DNA of 64,000 nucleotides from an uncultured Nitrososphaeraceae archaeon (GCA_964439995.1 CAYTQD010000002.1:1567-65566); one strand, 5' to 3'; numbered from the stretch's first letter, positions 51,715-61,910 are shown. Translations and numbers: made by a program. The notes: generated from the letters alone by a model not told the origin.

Positions 51715-53052
51715 TTGGTAAAGCATGTAATACTTCTTGATGTAGTAGGGCTAGAAAGTAAACACCTTGAATCTGGAGATCTCCTGCCGAACATTTCAAA
51801 AATTGCAGCGACAGGCGAATATTGTAGAATGGAACCTGTTTTCCCGGCAGTTACCTGTACTGTTCAAGCCAGCATATTATCAGGAAAGTATCCAAACGAG
51901 CACGGAATTATCTGTAATGGCTTGTATGACAGGAACAAGCGCGAGGTCTCTTTTTGGGAGCAAGCAAACAGTCTAGTCCAGGCAGAGAGGGTGTGGGACT
52001 TGATAAAGAAAAAAACACCATATTCAAGAAGCGCTGTCCTTTTCGGTCAACACGCTATGTATTCAAATGCAGATCTTGTAGTCACACCTAGACCAATTCA
52101 TCTGGCAGATGAGATGATAATGTGGTGCTATTCAAAGCCTCCCGGCTACTACGAAGAACTCAAAAGCAAATTCGGTGAATTTAATCTGGCCCACTATTGG
52201 GGTCCTTTAGCTTCTCACGAGTCGAGCGACTGGATAGTAAAAGCGGCGTTATATACTTTGGAATATCATCGACCTCATTTTATGTTTACATATATACCGC
52301 ATGTTGATTATTCTGCTCAAAGGTTTGGCAAGGACAGTAAGGCAGCACAAAGCGACTTGAAAAAGGCTGATGAGTTAGTCGGGACTATTGTCCAGAAGGT
52401 AAAAGATCTAGGAGTAATAGACGAAACCCTATTCATAATTTTCTCTGAATACCCTTTTAATGATGTGAAAGGTTCTGTCCCCGTGAACCAGAAACTTCGG
52501 GATGAGAGTTTGCTTGCTATTCGTAATATCAACGGGAAGGATTACCTAGATTTAGAATATAGCACTGCATTCGCTATGGTGGATCATCAGATAGCGCATA
52601 TCTATGTGAAAAAGGGTTTCGAGGACAAAACAAGAAAAGTACTCGAAAACATTGATGGTGTTGAGCGGGTATTGAACTCAGTTGAGAAAAGAGAACTCAA
52701 GGTAGATCATATGGAGAGGAGCGGAGATTTCATTACGATATCTAATAGAGATAAATGGTTCAACTATAATTGGTGGTACGATAACGAAAAGGCCCCTAAG
52801 TTTGCGAGGACAATTGACATACACAGGAAACCCGGATACGACCCGTTGGAGTTATACTTAGATAGTAATTCCAAAACCATATCTCAAGACACTAGCCTGA
52901 TCAGAGGATCCCACGGACTTCTACCCGATCTCCAGAAAAATGAAGGGTTTGCAGTTTGCATTTCTAGTCGCCGAACCGGAATGAACGAGAATAATCAAAA
53001 TATAAATTCAGTAAAGGTCGGTAGGTATCTCATAGACATGCTCGCAACCTAA
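51715..53052 (+). CDS. Alkaline phosphatase-superfamily nucleotide pyrophosphatase (EboF-like)
   Basis: LDVVGL, FPAVTC, HGII.NG, DHQIAHIY, DIHRKPGYDP.EL and RGSHG motifs. Confidence 0.88.
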   Translation: MVKHVILLDVVGLESKHLESGDLLPNISKIAATGEYCRMEPVFPAVTCTVQASILSGKYPNEHGIICNGLYDRNKREVSFWEQANSLVQAERVWDLIKKKTPYSRSAVLFGQHAMYSNADLVVTPRPIHLADEMIMWCYSKPPGYYEELKSKFGEFNLAHYWGPLASHESSDWIVKAALYTLEYHRPHFMFTYIPHVDYSAQRFGKDSKAAQSDLKKADELVGTIVQKVKDLGVIDETLFIIFSEYPFNDVKGSVPVNQKLRDESLLAIRNINGKDYLDLEYSTAFAMVDHQIAHIYVKKGFEDKTRKVLENIDGVERVLNSVEKRELKVDHMERSGDFITISNRDKWFNYNWWYDNEKAPKFARTIDIHRKPGYDPLELYLDSNSKTISQDTSLIRGSHGLLPDLQKNEGFAVCISSRRTGMNENNQNINSVKVGRYLIDMLAT

Positions 53053-53076
53053 TGGAGGTTAGAGGAAAAACGAGGA

Positions 53077-54144
53077 TTGACATTATTAAGAGAAAGAATT
53101 GACTGTTCAATAGATGAAGGACAGGGCTACAAGAACAGGAAACGCAATCACAAAGGGGTAAACATCCGCAGCAATCATGAGGAGTTTGCTTGTCATATTA
53201 GGAATAATCTTAGCCAAAGCGTTGGCGAGAAATGGATAGATCCAAAGTTTCTTTATGACAAAAGGGGATCAAATCTTTTCGAACAGATATGTCTCCAACC
53301 CGAGTACTATCTATCCAGGAGCGAAGTTGAGATATTAAGACGGTTTTCTAAGGATATTGTTTCAAGTCTTAATTGTGTTGACGCAAGCATGGTCGAATTC
53401 GGAAGCGGCAATTCCATCAAGACTAGGATCATCCTAGAGCAATTTGTCTCGCAGGACATAGCTGTTTCATATTTTCCAATAGATATCTCTCATTCCGCAC
53501 TTGTATCCAGTGTGAGAAAGCTTTCATCGGAATTCAACAACTTAAATATTATTGGAGTTTCATGTGAATATCTGGAAGGCATAAAGAGGATCTGCAGTTT
53601 GATGAACTCAAGCACTAGTATGCCGCCGAAGAAGGTAATGTTTTTTCTTGGGTCAAGCATTGGAAACTTTGAACCCGATAAGACAAGATCTTTTCTTAAA
53701 TCAATGAAAGCTAATCTGCGCTCAGATGCTAGAGATAGTCTATTTATCAGTTTCGACCTCGAAAAGGATTTTCGCATATTGGAATCGGCTTATAATGACA
53801 AAGCCGGCAAAACTTCAGAATTTAACTTAAATCTATTGGAACGAATAAATCGCGATCTTGGTGGTAGGTTTAAGTTAAAGAATTTCTCTCACTGTGCTAC
53901 ATATAATAGGATTAAGAAAAGAATAGAGATGTATATTGTATCAAAACGCGACCAGGAAATATATGTGCGAGATTTAGGGCAAACAATAAGTCTGAAACAG
54001 AACGAAAGAATACACACAGAAAATTCTTATAAATATTCAGTGGAGGAAATTAGCCAGATGGCGGATGAGAGTGGGCTTGTCATAACAAGAAATTATTTTG
54101 ACTCAAAGATGCGCTTTGATCTAGCATCATTTTCTACAGGTTAG
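53077..54144 (+). CDS. egtD: L-histidine N-alpha-methyltransferase
   Basis: PKFLYD.RGS.LFEQIC.QPEYY, EFGSG, FLGSSIGN, AYND..G and IHTENSYKY motifs. Confidence 0.9.
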   Translation: MTLLRERIDCSIDEGQGYKNRKRNHKGVNIRSNHEEFACHIRNNLSQSVGEKWIDPKFLYDKRGSNLFEQICLQPEYYLSRSEVEILRRFSKDIVSSLNCVDASMVEFGSGNSIKTRIILEQFVSQDIAVSYFPIDISHSALVSSVRKLSSEFNNLNIIGVSCEYLEGIKRICSLMNSSTSMPPKKVMFFLGSSIGNFEPDKTRSFLKSMKANLRSDARDSLFISFDLEKDFRILESAYNDKAGKTSEFNLNLLERINRDLGGRFKLKNFSHCATYNRIKKRIEMYIVSKRDQEIYVRDLGQTISLKQNERIHTENSYKYSVEEISQMADESGLVITRNYFDSKMRFDLASFSTG

Positions 54145-54196
54145 TTCTCCCGCTCAGTTGCATAACCGCCGGATTAGGATAATTGGTTCCTTAGAT

Positions 54197-54409
54197 TCAC
54201 GCTGTCCTATTGGCCCAGCATATTACCGTAAAAGTACTGATGGCTGATCCTGCCATTCCTGCGATAAGTGCTCCTACCATAGACTGATTGAAGAAACTAG
54301 GCATCGTATTTGAGAACCAAACCGTCAAGAAAGGTAAGGATAGATATCCTACAAAACCTATGCAAAACCCAAGCATCCAGAATAATAATATGACTAATTT
54401 TCTAGTCAT
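54197..54409 (-). CDS. Small two-TM membrane protein
   Basis: 70-aa hydrophobic ORF with ATG start. Confidence 0.7.
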   Translation of the reverse strand: MTRKLVILLFWMLGFCIGFVGYLSLPFLTVWFSNTMPSFFNQSMVGALIAGMAGSAISTFTVICWANRTA

Positions 54410-54749
54410 GATATCCGAACACTGTATGGGGTATTAAATCAGATAGTCAACATTTGTAAATAACGGGAGTCTAGAGGATAGTTCAATAGCAAAACATCAG
54501 TCTTATTATCTAGATTTATTTTCTATGATGATAAATTTCTTGTGACATACCCGAATATATACAATGGTATTCCTGCCATACTTGAATATGGCAGAAGTAA
54601 AGTTTTACTGTTGTTTTTGCACAATTATTAGGCTCTATGTGATGTTTTCATTTAGCCTAACATCATCAAGGCTAGTTCAAATGACAGTGGTCAGCTTGGA
54701 CATTTTATAAGTGTTAGAAAGCTTTTGGGAATCCTGTGAGTGAGTCCAT

Positions 54750-55790
54750 ATGGCGCTAGACTATAACAATACATGCCCTGAATGCCAGTCACATCTTGTT
54801 CATGACCATAATAAGGGTGAGTACATATGCCAGAACTGCGGTTATGTAGTTATGGACCAGGCTTTAGATTATGGCCCTGAATTACACTCTTTTGATTTGG
54901 AAGAAAAATCTAAGACTGTGCGGGCTAGCGGATATACGAGTGTTTCGCTACATGATTACGGCTTGCGAACCGAAATCGGCGTCGGCTCGAGGGATTACAG
55001 TGGTAAATCAATTAACCACCAGATAGCGGAACAGATGAATAGTATGAGAAGGTGGCATTCGCGCATAAGAGTTGCGTCTCCAAAAGAGAGAAGGCTGTCT
55101 AATGTTCTTTCCAGAATTAAAGAGATATGCTCTGTAATGTCGCTATCCAAAACAGTCATGGAAACTGCCGCTATGCTCTACCGGAATTTTGAAACAACTA
55201 ATGAAGCAAAGGGAAAGTCGATCATGTGTATAGCAGCGGCCTCAATATATTTAGCATGCAAGAGATGCTCTGTAGTTAGATCCCTAGAAGAGATTGTTAA
55301 TGCTGAAGGGATAATAGAGGAGGACAGATCAACATTGAAGCTTGCGTCGAAGTACTATCGAATGATGGTTATCGAAATGGGTGTTTTTACATCGACTGAG
55401 CCAGTGGGTAACGACGCCATCCAACCCATCTCTCACTCTACACTCAATAGTTCACTGATCGATCAGTTTAGACCTATGACGGTAACTCTTGCGATTGACC
55501 AATATATCTCTAAACTTACCAACATTGCAAAAATCGATACAAGAGTTGAAAGGCTGGCAATTGACCTAGCTCATAAGACTAATAACAACCTTATAGCCGA
55601 TGGTAAAGCGCCAAATGGTCTAGCCGCGGCCTATATTTACCTATCCGCGTTATTACTAGGGATAAATCTGTTGCAAATGGACATATCCACCCTTGCTAAT
55701 GTTACAGAAGTTACTATTCGAAACAGATGTAAAGACATCTTGTCGAATTTCAAACTCAAAGTTACGGTTAAAGGATATATGGGAAGCTGA
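54750..55790 (+). CDS. tfb: Transcription initiation factor IIB
   Basis: CPEC..CQNCG Zn ribbon, HDYGL, two cyclin folds and VTEVTIRNR. Confidence 0.95.
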   Translation: MALDYNNTCPECQSHLVHDHNKGEYICQNCGYVVMDQALDYGPELHSFDLEEKSKTVRASGYTSVSLHDYGLRTEIGVGSRDYSGKSINHQIAEQMNSMRRWHSRIRVASPKERRLSNVLSRIKEICSVMSLSKTVMETAAMLYRNFETTNEAKGKSIMCIAAASIYLACKRCSVVRSLEEIVNAEGIIEEDRSTLKLASKYYRMMVIEMGVFTSTEPVGNDAIQPISHSTLNSSLIDQFRPMTVTLAIDQYISKLTNIAKIDTRVERLAIDLAHKTNNNLIADGKAPNGLAAAYIYLSALLLGINLLQMDISTLANVTEVTIRNRCKDILSNFKLKVTVKGYMGS

Positions 55791-55847
55791 CAGATCTTGC
55801 CAGCGAAATACTGTTATATTATTCTAGTTAGTATAAGATATAATGTT

Positions 55848-56063
55848 ATGGGCAAAATAAATGGAGAGACTATTACAGGGATAGCCCTTATCTTTCTGGC
55901 AATATTGTTTATCATCGCAGGAACGGTAAATGCTGTATGGGCTTTGCTATTCTGGGCCGATATTCTAATTCTTGCAATTGGCGTCGCCTTTGTTATTCTA
56001 GGAATAAGGAGTTTCTGGGAAGAGCCGAGACATATGCGTACTGAGTCAAAGAATACCGCGTAA
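55848..56063 (+). CDS. Small two-TM membrane protein
   Basis: MGKINGETITG followed by two hydrophobic helices. Confidence 0.7.
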   Translation: MGKINGETITGIALIFLAILFIIAGTVNAVWALLFWADILILAIGVAFVILGIRSFWEEPRHMRTESKNTA

Positions 56064-56184
56064 GAGAGCGCAATTAAGCGCTATAGGATGAAGTTTAATT
56101 GCTGGTAGGCAAAAGTATTAAATGGCAAGACCCTTTAATTTTAACGGTTTGAGCTTAACCTATTTTTGTAAGCGAGGAAATCAT

Positions 56185-56295
56185 ATGGAATGTCCAGGGA
56201 TATGGCCCGAGGACTACAGAGATGAATGCACCCACGATTGTTCGTTTGATATTGCGATCTCAAAATGTGATTGTCAATGTCATGGATCAACCTAG
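56185..56295 (+). CDS. Unannotated 36-aa Cys/His-rich protein
   Basis: MECPGIWPEDYRDECTHDCSFDIAISKCDCQCHGST; GAGG upstream; 6 Cys and 2 His. Confidence 0.62.
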   Translation: MECPGIWPEDYRDECTHDCSFDIAISKCDCQCHGST

Positions 56296-56359
56296 ACCCA
56301 AAACGAAAATAATCTTATAAACATTAACCCTGACAATTATGTCCATTGGTCTAGCAGTG

Positions 56360-56883
56360 TTAACTTAGTTCCCTTATATCATATATTAGATCCTGCGCTT
56401 TCTGGCGAATAGTTCCGTTGACTTTTACTATAACCATACCCTTAAGAGGCTGACCATAAATAACAATTGACCCATCGGGTGCCATCGAAAGGAGTGGAAG
56501 GGCAAGCATGTCTTCCTCACCGTATACAAAGATTCGAACTGGAAAAGGCTTTTTCAGGGAAGCCCTAACTGTTTCTAAGGCGAATCTTGAAACCGAGCCT
56601 GGTTTATTCGAGCATACCATATGGTAGAACATATGTCGATCTTTGTTTAAAGTTAGAGATTTAACTGTGTCTATTCTTCTTCTTCTCTCCTTTCCATCTA
56701 TGATAGATAAATCTGGAACTATTCCAATCGAGAGTAATTTGGAAGTTGTGGCGTCTCCCACCGTAGCGGTTAATCGAGCAGATCTCACATAACTCTTGAT
56801 TTTTTTTTTGTTACTATACCATCTGGGATAAGTTCGCCAAACGGTTCTTTAAGTAACCTTTTTAACTCAAGAGATATGACCAT
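56360..56883 (-). CDS. GTP-dependent dephospho-CoA kinase (DUF359), frameshifted at an A10 run
   Basis: First frame MVISLELKRLLKEPFGELIP; second frame VGDATT, IIDGKERR, N.PG, GEED and YGQP..G. Confidence 0.85.
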
Positions 56884-57991
56884 TTTCTTGCTCTGCTGAC
56901 ATGGATGATGGAGCTGACGATGGCTCGCCTGTTGACATCTGACTTGATAACCCAGATGCAATTATACTAATTCTACCTGCTGTAATTTTTGATATTCTAT
57001 TTAGCGCATTTGCTTGGACAGAATCAGGATCAGAGATCAGGACTGGCTTACCCATATCACTTCCTTCCATAATCTGAGGAAACAATGGAACCTCACCAAG
57101 AAATGGGATATCAAACTTCTCACTTATTTTTTGGCCTCCCCCCCGACCAAAAATGTTTACCTGCTCATTGCAATGAGGACATTTAAGATAGCTCATATTC
57201 TCTATCACCCCTACGATAGGCACATTTAATTTGCTAAACATGCCTAAAGCTTTTGCAGCAACATTCATTGCGACATCTTGGGGTGTAGTTACTACTAGGA
57301 TTCCAGTCACAGGTATGGTTTGAGCCATTGTTAAGGGAGCATCTCCAGTTCCAGGAGGGAGATCTATTATCAAATAGTCAAGGGATCCCCACTCGACATC
57401 TGTCAAAAACTGTTTCACTATTCCTGAGACTATAGGGCCCCTGTAAATCCCGGCCTGCTGGGATTGCTCGTAAAAAAAACCCATTGATATAACTTTAATC
57501 CCCTCCACTAGAGGTGGCTGAATCTTGTTATTAACAACCTGAGGTGCTTCTTCAGCACCTAACATTAGCGGTACAGTGGGCCCATAAACGTCGGCATCCA
57601 ATAGGCCAACTTTGGCTCCGCTCCTCGCCAATGAAATTGCTAGATTTACAGCGATAGTCGTCTTGCCTACCCCTCCCTTTCCGCTAGCTATTGCAATTAT
57701 GTTTTTAACATCTGGAATTAACTCATCCATGGATATGGCACGGCCCTCCATCACACGGGCAGTAACTTTTAGATCAAGTCTTTCGACACCTATACTTGCT
57801 ATCGCAGAGCGAACGTCCTGTTCGATATCACTATTAAAAGGACAGGCTGGAGTAGTAAGCTCTAACGTAAACGAGACCTTGCCGTCAGTCACCTCAAGAT
57901 CTTTAACCATATTCATCGACACAACATCCTTGTGCAACTCGGGGTCGACAACCTTTCGTAAGGAGGACAAAACTTGATCGACTGTCACCAT
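56867..57991 (-). CDS. apbC: Mrp/NBP35 Fe-S cluster carrier ATPase with N-terminal DUF59
   Basis: DPEL, TTPACP, SGKGGVGKT, DLPPGTGD and ENMS..CPHC motifs. Confidence 0.95.
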   Translation of the reverse strand: MVTVDQVLSSLRKVVDPELHKDVVSMNMVKDLEVTDGKVSFTLELTTPACPFNSDIEQDVRSAIASIGVERLDLKVTARVMEGRAISMDELIPDVKNIIAIASGKGGVGKTTIAVNLAISLARSGAKVGLLDADVYGPTVPLMLGAEEAPQVVNNKIQPPLVEGIKVISMGFFYEQSQQAGIYRGPIVSGIVKQFLTDVEWGSLDYLIIDLPPGTGDAPLTMAQTIPVTGILVVTTPQDVAMNVAAKALGMFSKLNVPIVGVIENMSYLKCPHCNEQVNIFGRGGGQKISEKFDIPFLGEVPLFPQIMEGSDMGKPVLISDPDSVQANALNRISKITAGRISIIASGLSSQMSTGEPSSAPSSMSAEQENGHIS

Positions 57992-57995
57992 TTCT

Positions 57996-58949
57996 CTATA
58001 AAAAATTGTCTGACAGCCTATTTAAATCCTTCATGCGCTGAGCGATACAAAAAAATTGTTTCACATCCTGCACCCTTTTCCTTAGGGTCACAATACTCGT
58101 ATCCCCAGCGACTGCTATCTGCGCTTGGCCAACCTTTTCTCCTTGTTTTAGACATGCGGCGTATAACACAGCAACAGCAAGAGCGTAAGGGTCCTTGCCA
58201 AATGAAATCGGATTCTCCTTAATCACGCTGAGCATTTCTAGTCCGCAGCGGTATGTGGTTGCACTTACTCCTGCTTTATTTGCTATCTTAGCAAGGTAAG
58301 CGTTGGAATCTATCACCGGCAAATCAAGCTTCATATAACGTACTAGAAGTCGGTAGCACTTTCCTGCGAATACCAAGTCCGTATTCGCTGCCTCGGCAAT
58401 TTCATCTAGAGTCCTAGGTATGCGTAATTCTCTACATGCGGCGTATACTGATGCTACGACAACTGCACGTATCGACCTTCCCTTAATAATATGCTTGTCG
58501 AGAGCCTTGCGGTAGTTATAAGCGGACTTCTCTATTAACGCGTCACTTAAAGAAAGCTTGCCTTTTATGGTTCCGAGAATGGAAAAAGCGTTCTTAAGAT
58601 TTCTATGATAACTCCTATTGTTGTTCGAAATTTTATTCCATCTTCTCATTCTGTGTACTTTGCTTAGTTGTTCTGGACTAATTGTGGCTCCGTTAGCATC
58701 TACATTGGAGTAAGAGATGAATGTTGATAGTCCCATGTCGTGAAAAGCGAGTGAGGTAGGAGTCCCGATTCTACTTTTGTTTTCTATGTCAAATCCAGAG
58801 TAGGTTCTACATTCAGGTGATAAATATTCGATATTATCATGCAATACCATTCCACATTCACTGCATACTACCTCGCTATTGTCCACGTCGTATACCACCG
58901 CCTTACTGTTGCATAGACTGCATTCTTCCTTGTCCAGAGCTAATCTCAT
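57996..58949 (-). CDS. tfb: Transcription initiation factor IIB paralogue
   Basis: CSLC..CSECG, HDMGLST, KGRSI, PRTL.EI and GKDP motifs. Confidence 0.93.
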   Translation of the reverse strand: MRLALDKEECSLCNSKAVVYDVDNSEVVCSECGMVLHDNIEYLSPECRTYSGFDIENKSRIGTPTSLAFHDMGLSTFISYSNVDANGATISPEQLSKVHRMRRWNKISNNNRSYHRNLKNAFSILGTIKGKLSLSDALIEKSAYNYRKALDKHIIKGRSIRAVVVASVYAACRELRIPRTLDEIAEAANTDLVFAGKCYRLLVRYMKLDLPVIDSNAYLAKIANKAGVSATTYRCGLEMLSVIKENPISFGKDPYALAVAVLYAACLKQGEKVGQAQIAVAGDTSIVTLRKRVQDVKQFFCIAQRMKDLNRLSDNFL

Positions 58950-59089
58950 GCAGAAAAAAGCTTATGAGCCAGTAGATATAAGTTTTTTTTGTAGGATGAT
59001 AATTACAAAACTGCGAAATCTGCTAAAAACAGAAATGGGACTATCAAAAGGTTCATAAATTGAACTACTACCAAGATTTGTGAATAGGG

Positions 59090-59695
59090 ATGTTTACAAT
59101 CATACATATGTCCGACGTCGTCAGAATTCCGCCTAACAAGCTTACTGAATCTCTAAAGGAGACTGCTATTGCCATATTGAAGGAAAAATATGAAAGAATG
59201 ATTAGTCAGGAAATAGGATATGTGATAATGATCATAGATGCTTATGCCAATCACACAGGAAAGCTCATTGCTGGTGATGGAGCCACATACCATAAGGTAA
59301 GTTTCAGAGCCTTAACCTACTTTCCGGTCTTACAGGAAATAGTTGAGGGCGAATTAGTAGAGATTACTGACTTTGGAGCATTCGTCCGGATTGGACCTAC
59401 TGATGCATTGTTACACCTCTCGCAAATTACTGATGATTACCTTAGAAGTGACGTCAGACAAGGGATAATCGTAGCAAATCAAACAGCTAAATCTCTAAAA
59501 ATAGGATCCAGAATTCGTTCACGAATAACTGCGGTGAGCCTAGGCAAGGGAGCAGCAATGGGTAAGATAGGTATAACCTGCAGACAACCATTTTTGGGAG
59601 CCCTAGAGTGGATCGAACAGGAAATAAAGAGAGCTAGGCAGCCACAGCCTCCGGTTCCTGCCAAGGAGAAGAAAGGAGGAAGCGTCAGGCAATGA
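59090..59695 (+). CDS. rpo7: RNA polymerase subunit Rpo7 (E')
   Basis: VRIPP, GDGA, FGAFVRIGP.DALLH.SQ and RQPFLG..EW motifs. Confidence 0.96.
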   Translation: MFTIIHMSDVVRIPPNKLTESLKETAIAILKEKYERMISQEIGYVIMIIDAYANHTGKLIAGDGATYHKVSFRALTYFPVLQEIVEGELVEITDFGAFVRIGPTDALLHLSQITDDYLRSDVRQGIIVANQTAKSLKIGSRIRSRITAVSLGKGAAMGKIGITCRQPFLGALEWIEQEIKRARQPQPPVPAKEKKGGSVRQ

Positions 59696-59880
59696 CTAAA
59701 GAAGTTGCCTGCAGAAAGTGTAAAGCTGTATCTATAGGAAAGGTCTGTCCCATCTGTAAGTCTTCTGAATTGACTCCGGACTGGTACGGTATTATCTTGA
59801 TATTTGATTCGGGTAGATCGAAGGTGGCGTCCCTGCTGGAGATTCACACTCCACACAAATATGCACTGAAGGTTTCATAA
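59692..59880 (+). CDS. spt4: Transcription elongation factor Spt4 (RpoE'')
   Basis: ACRKC..CPIC..W.G..YALKV. Confidence 0.95.
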   Translation: MTKEVACRKCKAVSIGKVCPICKSSELTPDWYGIILIFDSGRSKVASLLEIHTPHKYALKVS

Positions 59881-59885
59881 TATGT

Positions 59886-60758
59886 TTGCATAAGATGAGA
59901 AGTCTTGCCGACTACCTTGAAAGGCGAAATTCGATAATCCGATTCCTAGAGGAAGATATAGGCGCAGGAGATATTACTAGTTGTAGTGTTATCCCTTCAG
60001 ATAAAATAGTAAATGCGACCATTCAATGCCACGATTCAAACGAAACTATATGTTGCGGCCTTCCAGAAGCCCAAATCGTCTTCGATGTGTGTAGGTGTAG
60101 CACTAGTACGGCGGTAAATGATGGTTCTACAGTTAGGAGTGGAGATACTGTTATGCATATTCATGGTGAAGCGAGATCTGTGCTTAAGGCAGAAAGAACT
60201 GCGCTCAATTTGATCATGAGGATGAGTGGAATAGCTACGCTTACTAGGACACTCGTTAACCTGGTCGGAAGACATGATTCTAAAGTCAAAATTGCAGGCA
60301 CAAGAAAGACTGCGCCGGGATTACGATCTTTTGACAAGAAGGCAATAATAATTGGAGGAGGCTACGCTCATAGGATGAGGTTAGATGATATGGTGTTGAT
60401 AAAGAATAACCATCTAGCGATCGCGGATTCAATAGAGAATAGCATCAGCAGGGCTAAGGCTACCTTGGGCTCTGCCGTAAGAATTGAATGTGAAGTGAAG
60501 AACACAGAGGAGGCAATGCGTGCAGCGAAGGCTGGAGCCGATGTGATTATGCTCGATAACTTCACCCCTTCTGAAGCAGAAATAGGAATAAAAAAAATAA
60601 GAGAACATGCCTTCGATGACATTGAGATAGAATTGTCTGGCGGAATAACTGCTAAAAATATTACAGACTATGTAAAAGCCCAACCTGATCTCATCTCTGT
60701 GGGCTTCCTGACACATTCTACTACGGCAGTTGACTATAGCTTAGAGATTGTGTCGTAG
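59886..60758 (+). CDS. nadC: Quinolinate phosphoribosyltransferase
   Basis: ED...GDIT, SGIAT, TRKT.PG, HR..L.D, MLDN and SGGI motifs. Confidence 0.96.
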   Translation: MHKMRSLADYLERRNSIIRFLEEDIGAGDITSCSVIPSDKIVNATIQCHDSNETICCGLPEAQIVFDVCRCSTSTAVNDGSTVRSGDTVMHIHGEARSVLKAERTALNLIMRMSGIATLTRTLVNLVGRHDSKVKIAGTRKTAPGLRSFDKKAIIIGGGYAHRMRLDDMVLIKNNHLAIADSIENSISRAKATLGSAVRIECEVKNTEEAMRAAKAGADVIMLDNFTPSEAEIGIKKIREHAFDDIEIELSGGITAKNITDYVKAQPDLISVGFLTHSTTAVDYSLEIVS

Positions 60759-60814
60759 TCCCATCATTCGTAGTAGATACTTGAAATAATTATTGAATCT
60801 CGTGATAGTTCGAC

Positions 60815-61786
60815 CTACGTCAATTCCATCATTCTCTGGATTGAGAGTCTTGCCTTCTCAGCAACTCTAACCGGAACCTTCACTTCGTAGACGTCGTTAC
60901 AAATCGACCTGTACACCTTTTCGAGCGTTATCTTTTTCATATATTTGCAAACAGCATCTTTCTTAATGGGAATAAATTCCTTAGCTATATTCTCCTTTTG
61001 CATTCTATGCAGGATTCCAGTTTCGGTTGCTACCAAGAATTGCCTTGAATTTGAAGTCCTTGCATGCTTAGTCATACCTTCAGTAGACAGGATGTGGGCT
61101 TTTTTCATTAATTGACCCGTGGATATGTTATACAAAGTGGATGATGTACAGCTGCACTCTGGATGCACTAGCAACTCTGCCGAATCATACCTTTCCAGCA
61201 TCTCATTGATATCCTGTGCTCGGATTCCAGCATGGACATGGCACTCTCCTGGCCAGACATACATGTTCTTCCGCTTTGTTATCTCTGCAACATAAGAACC
61301 TAGAAACATATCTGGTAAAAAGAGTATTTCTTTACTAGCCGGTATGCTATTTACAATCTGAACTGCATTAGAGGAGGTGCAACAATAATCTGATAGAGAC
61401 TTTATTTCAGCGGTAGAGTTAACGTAACTAACTACAACAGCGTTTGGATGGTCCGCCATCCAGGCTTTAAGTTCAGCCGCATTAATGCTTGATGCAAGCG
61501 AGCAGCCAGCTTCGGGGTCAGGAATTAAGACTTGCTTTTCTGGACAAATAATAGCGGCTGTCTCAGCCATAAAATGGACTCCGCAGAAAATTATCGTGTC
61601 AGCAGTGGTTCTAGCAGCAGCGTGAGAGAGAGCTAGTGAGTCGCCTACGAAGTCAGCTATATCTTGAACTTCTGGCACTTGATAGTTATGTGCCAGAATA
61701 ACCGCTTTTTTTTCTTTCTTTAGATGAGTGATTCTTTCTCCAATATCCCGTACAGAGTTTAGCGCCACATTAATTTCACATGACAC
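60815..61786 (-). CDS. nadA: Quinolinate synthase
   Basis: LAHNYQ, GDSL.L, CGVHFMAE, YVNS, CCTSSNA, HPEC and C.YMK motifs. Confidence 0.97.
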   Translation of the reverse strand: MSCEINVALNSVRDIGERITHLKKEKKAVILAHNYQVPEVQDIADFVGDSLALSHAAARTTADTIIFCGVHFMAETAAIICPEKQVLIPDPEAGCSLASSINAAELKAWMADHPNAVVVSYVNSTAEIKSLSDYCCTSSNAVQIVNSIPASKEILFLPDMFLGSYVAEITKRKNMYVWPGECHVHAGIRAQDINEMLERYDSAELLVHPECSCTSSTLYNISTGQLMKKAHILSTEGMTKHARTSNSRQFLVATETGILHRMQKENIAKEFIPIKKDAVCKYMKKITLEKVYRSICNDVYEVKVPVRVAEKARLSIQRMMELT

Positions 61787-61910
61787 AGGACATTTAAAGT
61801 TGGATAATCGAGGTCAAGCTTGCCTTGTGGACGTACTTTGCAGCAAGTTTTGCCAGTCTATCAGATTAGGGATCACATATATATTGGCCCTAACAGAGAT
61901 AATTTCTATT

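Noticed and set aside
54410-54749. AT-rich gap upstream of tfb containing a ~48-codon ORF
   Set aside because: No SD or recognisable motif; more simply a divergent promoter region
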